The translations under genes were made by a program, and so were the position numbers. Positions 24,852-34,138 of a stretch of DNA of 43,158 nt are shown here, piece after piece. Numbering within the stretch: the stretch's first letter is position 1; each line of letters opens with the position of its first letter. The notes under the pieces were generated by a model. The model had not been told where the DNA came from. It made no database searches and saw only the letters and a list, made by a program, of their open reading frames with translations. This DNA is from Hyphomicrobiales bacterium (lineage in GTDB: Bacteria; Desulfobacterota; Desulfobacteria; Desulfobacterales; SpSt-501): assembly GCA_050257775.1 (NCBI GenBank), contig JBLMXM010000139.1:1-43158 (forward strand), read 5' to 3'.

Positions 24852-26369
24852 ATGGAACTGTTGAATCACATCCTGCTGGGAGCCCAGATCTGTCTGACGC
24901 CGACCAACCTGTTTTTTTGCTTCATGGGCGTACTGATGGGGACACTGGTCGGCGTTCTTCCGGGTTTAGGCCCGACCGCCGCCATCGCCATTTTGCTCCC
25001 GAACACGTTTCATGTATCCCCTGTCACCGCCATCATCATGCTCGCAGGCATATACTACGGGGCCATGTACGGCGGCTCGACCACCTCCATCCTGGTGAAC
25101 ATTCCGGGTGAAGCCGCCTCGGTCATCACCTGCCTGGACGGGTACCAGATGGCTCGGCAGGGCCGCGCCGGAGCGGCGCTGGGGATTGCCGCCTTCGGCT
25201 CGTTCATTGCGGGAACCGTTTCGGTCATCGGGTTGATGCTGGTGGCGCCGCCGTTGGCCAAATTTGCCCTGGCCTTCGGCCCGCCGGAATATTTCAGCCT
25301 GATGCTCATGGGGATTGTCATCCTGATCTACCTCGCGGCCGGGTCCATCCTTAAGGCGCTGATGATGGCCATGTTCGGCTTGCTCATCGGCACGATCGGG
25401 ATGGATACGATTTCAGCCACGCAGCGGTTGACCTGCGGCCTTCTGGAACTCTGCGACGGTGTCGGCCTGATCCCGGCCATCATGGGGCTGTTCGGCGTCG
25501 CCGAAGTCATCGCCAACGTCGAACAGGAAATCAAGAGGGAATTCGTCACCTCCCGGGTTAAGAACCTCCTTCCTACCCTGCAGGACTGGAAGGATTCCAT
25601 CTGGCCTATTCTTCGCGGCAGCTTTTTGGGGTTTTTCATCGGCATACTTCCCGGCCCGGCTCCGGTGATTTCGGCATTCAGCTCGTATGCCATCGAAAAG
25701 AAGCTTTCCAAACACCCTGAAAAATTCGGCACCGGCATGATCGAGGGGGTGGCCGGGCCCGAGTCGGCCAACAATTCCGCCACCGGCGGGGCGTTCATCC
25801 CTCTGTTTACCCTGGGGATCCCATCCAACTCCGTTATCGCCATCCTCCTAGGGGCCTTCATGATCCACGGCATTCAGCCCGGGCCGATGCTGATCACAAA
25901 ATATCCTGACCTGTTCTGGGGCACCATCATCAGCATGTATGTGGGCAACGCCATGCTGCTGGTGCTCAACCTGCCCATGATCGGCATCTGGGTCAAGGTC
26001 TTGAAAGTCCCCTACCCAATCCTTTTTCCTCTGATTCTGCTGTTCTGCCTGATAGGGGTCTACAGCCTGAATTACAGCAAGGTGGAAGTAAGCCTCATGA
26101 TCGGCTTCGGTGTCTTCGGGTATCTGGCTCGCAAGTTCCAGTTCGAAATGGCACCGCTGGTGCTGGCGCTGGTTATCGGGCCGATGATGGAGAGCAAGCT
26201 GCGTCTTTCGCTGGTGATCTCGCACGGCAGCCCGTGGGTATTCATCGAAAAACCGATCTCGGCCATATTTATTTTTATTTCCCTGGCGCTGCTGCTGTCT
26301 CCCATGGTATCCAAGATCAGCAAGCGGCGGCAAAAACTCCAGGAGTTGGTGGAAGGCGAGGACGTATGA
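24852..26369 (+). CDS. tctA: Tripartite tricarboxylate transporter permease TctA
   Basis: About 505 aa, polytopic. MELLNHILLG...GVLPGLGPTAAIAILLP is typical of TctA. ATG at 24852 preferred over GTG at 24843. Confidence 0.88.
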   Translation: MELLNHILLGAQICLTPTNLFFCFMGVLMGTLVGVLPGLGPTAAIAILLPNTFHVSPVTAIIMLAGIYYGAMYGGSTTSILVNIPGEAASVITCLDGYQMARQGRAGAALGIAAFGSFIAGTVSVIGLMLVAPPLAKFALAFGPPEYFSLMLMGIVILIYLAAGSILKALMMAMFGLLIGTIGMDTISATQRLTCGLLELCDGVGLIPAIMGLFGVAEVIANVEQEIKREFVTSRVKNLLPTLQDWKDSIWPILRGSFLGFFIGILPGPAPVISAFSSYAIEKKLSKHPEKFGTGMIEGVAGPESANNSATGGAFIPLFTLGIPSNSVIAILLGAFMIHGIQPGPMLITKYPDLFWGTIISMYVGNAMLLVLNLPMIGIWVKVLKVPYPILFPLILLFCLIGVYSLNYSKVEVSLMIGFGVFGYLARKFQFEMAPLVLALVIGPMMESKLRLSLVISHGSPWVFIEKPISAIFIFISLALLLSPMVSKISKRRQKLQELVEGEDV

Positions 26370-26390
26370 GAAACCGAAAGGAGGGAAATC

Positions 26391-27344
26391 ATGAATAGAT
26401 GGAGAGTGGTTCTCTTGACGACGGCAATTTCTTTCCTTCTAGCCATGAGCGCGGGAGCCGTGGATTTTCCCAAGGGGCCGATCACCTACATGAACCCCTT
26501 TAACCCGGGCGGGGAGGTCGACATCGCCGCCCGGGCCATGCAACCGTACTTGGAAAAAGAGTTCGCCCAGCCCTTTATCATCAACTATCTCCCCGGCGCC
26601 GGTGGTGCACTCTGCTGGTCGAAGCTCGCGGCCGCGAAGCCGGACGGCTACACCATCGGAGGCTTCAGCATCCCGCACATCATTCTCCAACCGATCTTCA
26701 TGAAGGACGTGTCCTACAAGACCGACGACTTCGTGATCTTCTCCATTGTGGAATACACCCCGATCGGCCTGGCCGTTAAGAAAGATTATCCGGTCAACAC
26801 CTTCAAGGAATTCGTCGAATACGCTAAGGCCAACCCCGGCAAAATAAACTGCGGGGGCGTGGGCAAGTTCACGGGCCACCACTTCGCCACCCTGCAGTTC
26901 ATGAAGCTGGCAGGGGCTAAAGTGAATTATGTCACCTTTCAGGGGACGTCCGAGGTCCAGACCGCGCTGCTGGGAGGGCATATCGATGCGGCTTTCACCA
27001 ACTCCAGCCTGCTGGTGACCAGCCGGGACCAGATCAAGGTTCTCGCGATCGGATCCGCCCAGCGGATGCCCCAGCTCAAGGATGTCCCCACCTTCGAGGA
27101 ACTCGGGTTCAAGATGTACCCCCGAATCGCCCGCGGCGCCATGGGCCCCAAAGCCATTCCCGGCGACATCCAAAAGGTGATCGAAAAAGCCTTTCTCGAT
27201 ACGACCTCACAGCCGGATTTCAAGGCCAAGATGGAGAAAGCCGGTTTTGTCCCGCAGGTCATGGGGATCGCCGAATCCCGCAAATTCCTGGAGGCCGAAG
27301 CCGTGACCATCAAGGAGCTGGCCAAAGAATTTGATTTGAAATAG
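26391..27344 (+). CDS. tctC: Tripartite tricarboxylate transporter substrate-binding protein TctC (Bug family)
   Basis: Signal peptide MNRWRVVLLTTAISFLLAMSAGA. Also PITYMNPFNPGGEVDIAARA and NYLPGAGGAL. AAAGGAGG RBS. Confidence 0.88.
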   Translation: MNRWRVVLLTTAISFLLAMSAGAVDFPKGPITYMNPFNPGGEVDIAARAMQPYLEKEFAQPFIINYLPGAGGALCWSKLAAAKPDGYTIGGFSIPHIILQPIFMKDVSYKTDDFVIFSIVEYTPIGLAVKKDYPVNTFKEFVEYAKANPGKINCGGVGKFTGHHFATLQFMKLAGAKVNYVTFQGTSEVQTALLGGHIDAAFTNSSLLVTSRDQIKVLAIGSAQRMPQLKDVPTFEELGFKMYPRIARGAMGPKAIPGDIQKVIEKAFLDTTSQPDFKAKMEKAGFVPQVMGIAESRKFLEAEAVTIKELAKEFDLK

Positions 27345-27372
27345 TCGGTACGCAGTCCTGGCGACGGCTATA

Positions 27373-27398
27373 GCCTGCTCCCCCCAAAGGGGGCAGGC
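27373..27398. terminator. Bidirectional hairpin between convergent tctC and meaB
   Basis: GCCTGCTCCCCCC-AAA-GGGGGCAGGC, a GC-rich stem with one bulge. Located in the 62-nt gap between two convergent stops. Confidence 0.55.
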
Positions 27399-27406
27399 CA
27401 AGCCGG

Positions 27407-28387
27407 TTATATCCCTTCGGAACGACAGGATCCGGCATCGCCGGCCAGATCCTCGAGAGCTCTGAAGGGGTTGTCTAGGTCTGCGGCTCTGAGCCTTTCC
27501 AGTATTCCGCCCTCCCCGCCCAGCCGTTCGACGCCGTGGCTCCCGAAACGCTCCAGGAACAACAGGTAAACCCAGCGGATGCGATGCTCGCGGCGCAGCT
27601 TGGCGAGATCGTCTGCTTTCAGATGCCGGCAGCGGGCCTCCAGCGCCTCCACCAGTTCTTTCTGACCCCAGCCCTCCAGGGCGCTGGCGAGGATCAGCGC
27701 GGGCTCCCAGCCGTCCTCACGGCAGCCGGCCCCGGCCAGCGCCTGCAGCTCGTGGTAGACCTTGAGAGCGAGGTTTTTATGATCGGCCTTGTTGACCACG
27801 AGGACGTGCGGGATTTCCATGATCCCGGCCTTCATGAACTGCAGACTGTCCCCGCTGCCCGGCTGGACGACGTAGACCACCGTGTCCGCCACGTTTTCGA
27901 TCTCGGTTTCCGACTGTCCCACGCCGGTGGTCTCGACCAGGATGCGGTCGAAGGCGGCTTCAAAGAGGGCCAGGCAGTGGCGGGTCCTCCAGGCCAGTCC
28001 TCCCAGGTGGCGACCCGCGGCCATGCTGCGGATGAACAACCCCGGATCAGCCGGGTCGCAATCGATGCGGGCGCGGTCACCGAGCAGCGCTCCGCCGCTC
28101 CTGGGGCTGCTGGGGTCCACCGTGATGACGCCGACTCGAAAACCGGCAAGCCTGTATTCGTGGACGAGACGGGAGATCAGCGTGGATTTTCCCGCGCCGG
28201 GCGGACCGGTGACTCCGATGACATGCCGGCCGGCCCGCGCATGGTGCGCCAGGGTTTCGATCAGCTCTACCGCAAGCTCTTCCACCTCCGGCCTGCGGTT
28301 CTCGAGAAGGTTCAGCGCGGCAGCCACGGAGGTCTTTCGACCGGCCAGGATGTCCTCCAGAGCGATGCCGGCAAAGGTTGGGCTCAT
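27407..28387 (-). CDS. meaB: Methylmalonyl-CoA-mutase-associated GTPase MeaB/ArgK
   Basis: P-loop GVTGPPGAGKSTLISRL, plus VETTGVGQSE and VVNKAD. ATGA overlap with the mutase stop. Confidence 0.92.
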   Translation of the reverse strand: MSPTFAGIALEDILAGRKTSVAAALNLLENRRPEVEELAVELIETLAHHARAGRHVIGVTGPPGAGKSTLISRLVHEYRLAGFRVGVITVDPSSPRSGGALLGDRARIDCDPADPGLFIRSMAAGRHLGGLAWRTRHCLALFEAAFDRILVETTGVGQSETEIENVADTVVYVVQPGSGDSLQFMKAGIMEIPHVLVVNKADHKNLALKVYHELQALAGAGCREDGWEPALILASALEGWGQKELVEALEARCRHLKADDLAKLRREHRIRWVYLLFLERFGSHGVERLGGEGGILERLRAADLDNPFRALEDLAGDAGSCRSEGI

Positions 28388-30396
28388 GGCTGCCCCGCGG
28401 GAATGGGGATGTTGTTGGCGGCCGCCACGATATTGACGAGTTCATTCATGATCCGGTTCAGGTCGTAATCCCGTGACGTGAATACCCGCCGGATGGATTC
28501 CTGCGGCATCTTGGCCAGGTCGCCCTGTGGGATGACGCCGCCCAGCACGACCGGCAGGTTTTTTAACCCGCGCTCCTCCAGGCCGCGAATCACTTCCGGG
28601 ACCAGCCTCAGGTGCGAGCCGCTGAGAATCGACAGCCCCACCACGTGCACACCCTCCTGCAGAGCGCTCTCGGCGATCTGCTCCGGTGTCAGGCGGATGC
28701 CCTCGTAGACCACCTCCATGCCCGCATCTCGCGCCTTGACAGCGATCTGCTCCGCGCCGTTGGAGTGACCGTCCAGCCCCGGTTTCCCGATCAGCACCTT
28801 GAGGTTGCGGCCCAAACGCTCGCTCAGTTGGTGCACCCGCCGGATGACGGCCTGCAGCTCTTCGGCGCTGGCATCGCCGGCGACGATGCCCCCGACGCCG
28901 GTGGGGGCGCGATATTCGCCGTAGACACACCGGAGCGCATCGGCCCATTCACCGGTGGTGACGTCGGCCTGCGCGCAGGCGATGCTGGCTTCCATGAGCT
29001 CGCCCCCGCAAGACAATGCCTTCCGCAGGCCATCCAGGGCGCGAGCCGCCCGGTCGTCATCGCGCCTGGACCTAAAGGCCCGCAGCATCTCGATCTGTTC
29101 ATTCTCCACGACGTCATCAACAGTCAAGAAGGATTCTTCGAGAGCTGCAGTCAGCGGCGAAGGCTCCGCCTCCGCAAACTGGTTCACGCCCACCACCACT
29201 TGCCGGCCGGCCTCAACCTCGCGGATGCGCCGGGCGTTGCTTACCACCAGACAGCGCTTCATGTAGCCGTTCTCAAGTGCCTCGACAGCGCCGCCCATGG
29301 CGAGGATCTGATCCAGCTCGGCCTGAGCTGCCTCCTCCAGTTGCTTTTCTTTGGCGGCAATGACCGTCGATCCTTCGAAAATGTCCTCGTATTCCAACAG
29401 GTCGGTCTCATGGGCCAGAATCTGCTGGATGCGCAGGCTCCACTGCTGGTCCCATTTCCGCGGAAGCCCCAGGGCTTCGTTCCAGGCGGGAAGCTGCACC
29501 GAACGGGCCCGGGCGGACTTGCTCAGCACCACTCCGAGGAACTCGTAGATGATGCGGGCGATGTTGTTCTCCGGCTGGCGGCCGGTCAACCCCAGGCTGT
29601 TGACTTGGACCCCGTAGCGGAACCGCCGCAGGTCCGGGTCGGACACTGCGTAGCGCTCCCGGCAGATGCGGTCCCACATGCGTCCGAATACGCGCACCTT
29701 GCACATCTCCTCGATGAACCGGATGCCGGCATTCAGGAAGAAGGCCACGCGCCCGACGACCTGGGGGAATTCCTGTGCAGCGATGTCACCCGCCGCCCGT
29801 ACCGTGTCGAGCACACACACGGCGTTGGCCAGGGTGAAGGCGATCTCCTGAACGGGCTCGGCCCCGGACTCCTGCAGATGGTAGGAGCAGATGTTGATGG
29901 GGTTCCACTTGGGCATGCGGCGAAAGGCATACCGGATCACCTCACCCGCCAGCCGGATAGACGCCTTGGGCGGAAAGATGTAGGTGCCCCGGCTCAGGTA
30001 TTCCTTCAGGATATCGTTCTGGGTCGTCCCCCTGAGCCGGGAGGTGTCGGCCCCCTGCCTGAGGGCGGTCGACAGGTATAGGGCCAGGATCCAGGCCGTG
30101 GGCGCGTTGATGGTCATCGATGTGTTCATGCGCTCGATCGGGATCCCCTCGAAAAGGATTTCCATGTCTTCGCGGGTGCGCATGGGGACGCCGAGTTTGC
30201 CGACTTCCCCGCGGGCCAGGATGTGGTCCGAATCGTAGCCGGTCTGGGTCGGCAGGTCGAAGGCGATGCTGAGCCCGGTTTGCCCCTTGGCGAGGTTGGC
30301 CCGGTAGAGCCGGTTCGATTCCGCGGCGCTGGCATACCCGGAATAAGTGCGCATCAACCACGGTTGTTCTTTGGCGGGGTGCTCCATCTCCTTCAT
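28384..30396 (-). CDS. Adenosylcobalamin-dependent acyl-CoA mutase (MCM family; catalytic and B12-binding domains in one chain)
   Basis: 670 aa. GLSIAFDLPTQTGYDSDH, SRGTYIFPP, CSYHLQESGA. C-terminal B12 domain with the DxHxxG motif (GLDGHSNGAEQIA) and SILSGSH. Confidence 0.9.
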   Translation of the reverse strand: MKEMEHPAKEQPWLMRTYSGYASAAESNRLYRANLAKGQTGLSIAFDLPTQTGYDSDHILARGEVGKLGVPMRTREDMEILFEGIPIERMNTSMTINAPTAWILALYLSTALRQGADTSRLRGTTQNDILKEYLSRGTYIFPPKASIRLAGEVIRYAFRRMPKWNPINICSYHLQESGAEPVQEIAFTLANAVCVLDTVRAAGDIAAQEFPQVVGRVAFFLNAGIRFIEEMCKVRVFGRMWDRICRERYAVSDPDLRRFRYGVQVNSLGLTGRQPENNIARIIYEFLGVVLSKSARARSVQLPAWNEALGLPRKWDQQWSLRIQQILAHETDLLEYEDIFEGSTVIAAKEKQLEEAAQAELDQILAMGGAVEALENGYMKRCLVVSNARRIREVEAGRQVVVGVNQFAEAEPSPLTAALEESFLTVDDVVENEQIEMLRAFRSRRDDDRAARALDGLRKALSCGGELMEASIACAQADVTTGEWADALRCVYGEYRAPTGVGGIVAGDASAEELQAVIRRVHQLSERLGRNLKVLIGKPGLDGHSNGAEQIAVKARDAGMEVVYEGIRLTPEQIAESALQEGVHVVGLSILSGSHLRLVPEVIRGLEERGLKNLPVVLGGVIPQGDLAKMPQESIRRVFTSRDYDLNRIMNELVNIVAAANNIPIPAGQP

Positions 30397-30453
30397 GACC
30401 AGCTCCTTGCGCGGCTTTGCGGTGGCTTAACGGCCACGCGCTGCCGGGGGGCG

Positions 30454-31152
30454 TCAGGCGGTGTCCGCCAGATCGGGGTAGGTTTCCTTCAGAAACTGGA
30501 CATACTGGTCGACAGCAGCAAGGATGTGGGTGCGCACAGCGACTTCGACCTCTTCGGGTTCGCCTTTGCGAAACAGGTCGACAATCCGCCGGTGGATCTT
30601 CTGGGATGCCTGGTGGTTGTGCTCGAAGTAGGTGACCGAATAGCTCAGCCACAGGGATTCGCGACGCATGGCTTCGACACGCACCCGGAGCTCTTCGTTC
30701 CGGCTGCCCTCGCTGAACACCCGGTGAAAATCCCAATGCCGGTAGAAATACGCCTTGAACCGCTTCTGCTGGGCCAGCAAGGCCATGTCCGCCAAGATCT
30801 TCTCCAGGCGGTCGGCGCAGGATGGGCCCTCCGTCTCCGCGGCCAAGCGGGCGGCCAGCCCTTCCAGCCAGGCCCGGACGGTAAAGATTTCGCTGATCCA
30901 CCGCGGTGTGATCGCCCGGACAAACGTTCCCTTCCGGGGGACTATTCGAACGAGCCCCTGGCCTTCGAGCTTGAGCAGCGCTTCGCGCAGAGGGGCGCGG
31001 CTCACGCCCAGCACCTGCTGCAGATCGCTTTCGACGATCTGCTGACCAGGGTGGAGCCTGCCCTCGAAGATGGCGTCGCTCAGCTGGCCGGCGATATCTT
31101 CGACCAGCGAACGCGGCAGATCGATGTGATCGAGAAAGCCGGTTGGTTCCAT
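30454..31152 (-). CDS. GntR-family transcriptional regulator (FadR/FCD-type C-terminal domain)
   Basis: N-terminal winged HTH ESDLQQVLGVSRAPLREALLKLEGQGLVRIVPRKGTFV, followed by an all-helical C-terminal domain. 232 aa. Confidence 0.88.
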   Translation of the reverse strand: MEPTGFLDHIDLPRSLVEDIAGQLSDAIFEGRLHPGQQIVESDLQQVLGVSRAPLREALLKLEGQGLVRIVPRKGTFVRAITPRWISEIFTVRAWLEGLAARLAAETEGPSCADRLEKILADMALLAQQKRFKAYFYRHWDFHRVFSEGSRNEELRVRVEAMRRESLWLSYSVTYFEHNHQASQKIHRRIVDLFRKGEPEEVEVAVRTHILAAVDQYVQFLKETYPDLADTA

Positions 31153-31180
31153 GGCGCGATCCTCACCCGATTAAGTTCCA

Positions 31181-31426
31181 TCAAGTCGAAGAGCCCGATG
31201 AACTTTCTTTGCAGACCGTGATCGCCACGTCCGGGCAGACGACGTAGCAGGCGCCGCACGCCGTGCAGCGCTCGCCGCCCCCGGTTTGCGCCACGTGGAT
31301 GCCCCGCCGATCCGTACCGGCGGCGAGGCGGATGTCGCCCTTCGGGCATGCAGCCACACACAGGCCGCAGCCTTTGCAACGTTCGACGTCGATGCAAATG
31401 GTCCCCCGTGCTTTTTTCTTACCCAT
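31181..31426 (-). CDS. 4Fe-4S dicluster ferredoxin (OFOR delta subunit, paralog 2)
   Basis: CKGCGLCVAACP and CTACGACYVVCP. 81 aa. Overlaps the end of gamma. Confidence 0.85.
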   Translation of the reverse strand: MGKKKARGTICIDVERCKGCGLCVAACPKGDIRLAAGTDRRGIHVAQTGGGERCTACGACYVVCPDVAITVCKESSSGSST

Positions 31427-31973
31427 GCGCCATGGCCCTCGCGACAGCCTCGATTCCGCTCCGGATGGCAGCTTCGTTGAGCGCGATGGTTTCGTGCCGG
31501 TGCCTGGGCAGCACCCGCTCCAGCCCCTTGATTAGCGAGGCCGGGCTGATGCGTTGAAGCATGCCCACCAGTCCTCCCATGGCCGCCATGTTGGCGGCCT
31601 GGGGGGCCTGCAGCTCCGCCGCAATCCGGTTGGCCGGCACCCCCACCCGCGTCACGTCCTCTCGCACCGGGGCCTGCTCCACCAGCGATTGGTTGTAGAC
31701 GATCACCCCGCCGGGTTTGACCCGTTCACCGAACTTGTCCACCGAGGCCTGGTTCATAGCCATGAGGTGAGTAAACCGGTTGCGCACCGGCGACCCGATG
31801 CGGCTGTCGGCGATGACCACCGTGCAGTTAGCCGTGCCGCCGCGCATTTCCGGCCCGTAGGATGGGTAGAACGTGACCTCCAGCCCTTCATAGATCGCAC
31901 CGTAGGCCAACAGCCGGCCCATCAGCATGATCCCCTGCCCGCCGAATCCGGCGATAAGAACCTCGTCGATCAT
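31419..31973 (-). CDS. 2-oxoacid:ferredoxin oxidoreductase, gamma subunit (paralog 2)
   Basis: MIDEVLIAGFGGQGIMLMG. ATGA overlap with the beta stop. Confidence 0.88.
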   Translation of the reverse strand: MIDEVLIAGFGGQGIMLMGRLLAYGAIYEGLEVTFYPSYGPEMRGGTANCTVVIADSRIGSPVRNRFTHLMAMNQASVDKFGERVKPGGVIVYNQSLVEQAPVREDVTRVGVPANRIAAELQAPQAANMAAMGGLVGMLQRISPASLIKGLERVLPRHRHETIALNEAAIRSGIEAVARAMAHG

Positions 31974-32722
31974 GAGCCGGCCCCCTTCTGGCGAGCCGGG
32001 AACTCGCCCAGGGGATAATACGCCATCATGTCGGACTTGATCTTCTCCATGGACCGAACCGGGTCCAACCGCCAGTTGGTGGGACAGGCGGCCAGGATCT
32101 CGACCATGCCGAAGCCGCGGTCCTGCAGCTGCATCTCGAAAGCCTTGCGGATCGCCTTCTTGGTTTTCAGGATGTGTGGCACGTCGTGAACGGAGGCCCG
32201 GGCAATGTATGCTTCGGGCGCGATCACGGAGAGCATCTCGGCCATCCGCAGCGGGTAGCCGGTCTGCTTCGGGTCGCGTCCGGCCGGGTAGCTGGTCGTG
32301 GCCTGGCCGATGAGGGTCGTGGGGGCCTGCTGCCCGCCGGTCGCCCCGAACACGCCGTTGTTCACATAGATCACGGTGATGCGTTCGCAGCGGCCGGCGG
32401 CGTGCACGATTTCGCCGGTGCCGATGGCCGCCATGTCCCCGTCGCCCTGGTAAGTGAACACGACCGCCTGCGGCTGGGCGCGCTTGATGCCGGTGGCCAC
32501 GGCCGGTCCGCGGCCGTGCAGGGCCATGACCATGTCGCAGTCAAATTGGCGCCAGTTCCGAACCGAACAGCCGGCGGAGGTCACGCCGATGGCCCGCCGC
32601 GTGATGTCCAGCTCGTCCATGACCTCGGCCACGAGACGATGAATCGTGCCATGGGAGCACCCCGGGCAGTACGGGAACGGGATATCCGTCATGGCATCCG
32701 GTTTCTTGAAGACGATCTGCAT
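31970..32722 (-). CDS. 2-oxoacid:ferredoxin oxidoreductase, beta (TPP) subunit (paralog 2)
   Basis: MQIVFKKPDAMTDIPFPYCPGCSHG and YQGDGDMAAIGTGEIVH. ATG at 32722 preferred over GTG at 32734. Confidence 0.88.
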   Translation of the reverse strand: MQIVFKKPDAMTDIPFPYCPGCSHGTIHRLVAEVMDELDITRRAIGVTSAGCSVRNWRQFDCDMVMALHGRGPAVATGIKRAQPQAVVFTYQGDGDMAAIGTGEIVHAAGRCERITVIYVNNGVFGATGGQQAPTTLIGQATTSYPAGRDPKQTGYPLRMAEMLSVIAPEAYIARASVHDVPHILKTKKAIRKAFEMQLQDRGFGMVEILAACPTNWRLDPVRSMEKIKSDMMAYYPLGEFPARQKGAGS

Positions 32723-32780
32723 GCTGAACCCCACTAAGCACTCATGGTCCGCCTTAGCGAGACCCCTATTATGGATGAAA

Positions 32781-33003
32781 ATGACGCGCCGCAGCCCGGG
32801 TGAGCGGTTGAGGAAGCGGCTGACTGTCTGAGCCGCCTACGGGGCCTCGGCCCGGGCCCCATACAAGAATATCGGCAACGCCATGACGGGCCGCAACTTC
32901 TACGGCAGCTTTCTCGGAGACGGATCCGGCCTGGGCATAGGCCCCGTTGGCGGCGAGTTTCAGCCGCGAACGAAATCGCTTGCCCGGGCTGCGACGCCTA
33001 CCT
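32781..33003 (+). repeat. Structured intergenic repeat element, copy B (223 nt)
   Basis: Same length and ends as copy A (ATGACGCGCC...GACGCCTACCT). Central region diverged, but stems are retained through compensatory changes. Splits the OFOR-2 alpha and beta genes. Its plus-strand orientation is antisense to that operon. Confidence 0.85.
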
Positions 33004-33013
33004 CATTTTCCTT

Positions 33014-34138
33014 TTAACCGGAGCAAAACCGGACGACCTCCCGATGGATCTCATCCGGGCTGAAGATGTGGCCGCCGCCGGTGCCGTAATGCTGAACTTC
33101 GGCCTCGCCGCAGGCGGCCAGACGGACATCTTCGATCATCTGGCCGTTATTGGCCTCCACCACCAGCAGCCGCCTGAGGCCGGACCCTACCGCCTCCTTT
33201 AGCGCCTTCGCCGGGAAGGGACAAAGCGAGACAGGCCGGAAAAGCCCGACCGAAAGGCCTTCATGTCGAGCGGCCTGCACGGCGTCCAGAGCGATGCGCG
33301 CCGAGCTGCCGAACGCCACCACCCCGGCGCGGGCCCCATCCAGCAGAACGGCCTCGTGGCGCTGCTCCCGTTCCACCATGCGCTCGTACTTGGCCTTGAG
33401 CTCGCGGTTCCAGGCGATGAGCTCTTCGTCGGTGTGGGGCGCCACCTTGATGACCTTGCGCGGCTGATCCCCCTTGCCCCGGACAGCCCAGTCCTTCTCC
33501 GGCGCTGTCTGCCGCGGGAGTCCGGCGGTGTCCACCGGCTCCATCATCTGACCGAGGATGGCGTCCGAAAGGATGATGACCGGGTTGCGGTAGAGGTCCG
33601 CCAGCTCGAACGCACGGTAGGTCAGTTCGAAGAGTTCCTGGGCGCTTGCCGGCCCGAATACCAGGCACTGGTAGTCGCCGTGCCCGCCGCCCCGGGTGGC
33701 CAGCCGGTAGTCCGCCTGGGACGACGCGATCCGACCGAGACCGGGACCGGCCCTGGACACGCACACCACGACAGCAGGCAGCTGAGCGGCGGCGAGCGCC
33801 GTGAGGCCTTCGCCTAGCAGCGTGAAACCCGGCCCGGAGGACGACGTCATGCAGCGAGCACCCCCGGCCGCTGCGCCGAACACCATGTTGATGCCGGCCA
33901 GCTCGCTTTCGCTCTGCAGAAAGGTGCCTCCCGCCTGGGGCAGGTACTGGGCCATATACTCGAACAGTTCGTTCTGGGGTGTGATCGGGTAGCCGAAGAA
34001 GAACCGGCACCCGGCCCGGATGGCCCCCTCCCCCACGGCCTCGTTGCCCCGCATGAGCGTGAGCTCGCGTGTGTCCGTCATGAGGACCTTTGCCCTTTTT
34101 CCCTTGATCCCTTTACCCCTCGGACCCTTTTTAATCAT
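33014..34138 (-). CDS. 2-oxoacid:ferredoxin oxidoreductase, alpha subunit (paralog 2)
   Basis: LMRGNEAVGEGAIRAGCRFFFGYPITPQNELFEYM. The start at 34138 (MIKKG...) forms an ATGA overlap with the CoA-transferase stop. The ATG at 34081 (MTDTREL) is the alternative. The longer track ORF up to 34453 is unsupported. Confidence 0.85.
   Translation of the reverse strand: MIKKGPRGKGIKGKRAKVLMTDTRELTLMRGNEAVGEGAIRAGCRFFFGYPITPQNELFEYMAQYLPQAGGTFLQSESELAGINMVFGAAAGGARCMTSSSGPGFTLLGEGLTALAAAQLPAVVVCVSRAGPGLGRIASSQADYRLATRGGGHGDYQCLVFGPASAQELFELTYRAFELADLYRNPVIILSDAILGQMMEPVDTAGLPRQTAPEKDWAVRGKGDQPRKVIKVAPHTDEELIAWNRELKAKYERMVEREQRHEAVLLDGARAGVVAFGSSARIALDAVQAARHEGLSVGLFRPVSLCPFPAKALKEAVGSGLRRLLVVEANNGQMIEDVRLAACGEAEVQHYGTGGGHIFSPDEIHREVVRFCSG

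Noticed and set aside
28612-30081. Very long ORFs antisense to or out of frame with recognised genes. Examples: 28612..30081(+), 17525..18955(-), 13340..14485(-), 34153..35379(+), 36796..37803(+), 9826..10761(-), 29942..30901(-), 30223..31221(+), 20895..21770(-), 27536..28468(+).
   Set aside because: Each fully overlaps a gene with clear family motifs on the other strand or frame. Their translations are Arg/Gly/Pro/Ala-rich low-complexity sequence with no recognisable motifs. This is the expected stop-codon depletion of GC-rich DNA.
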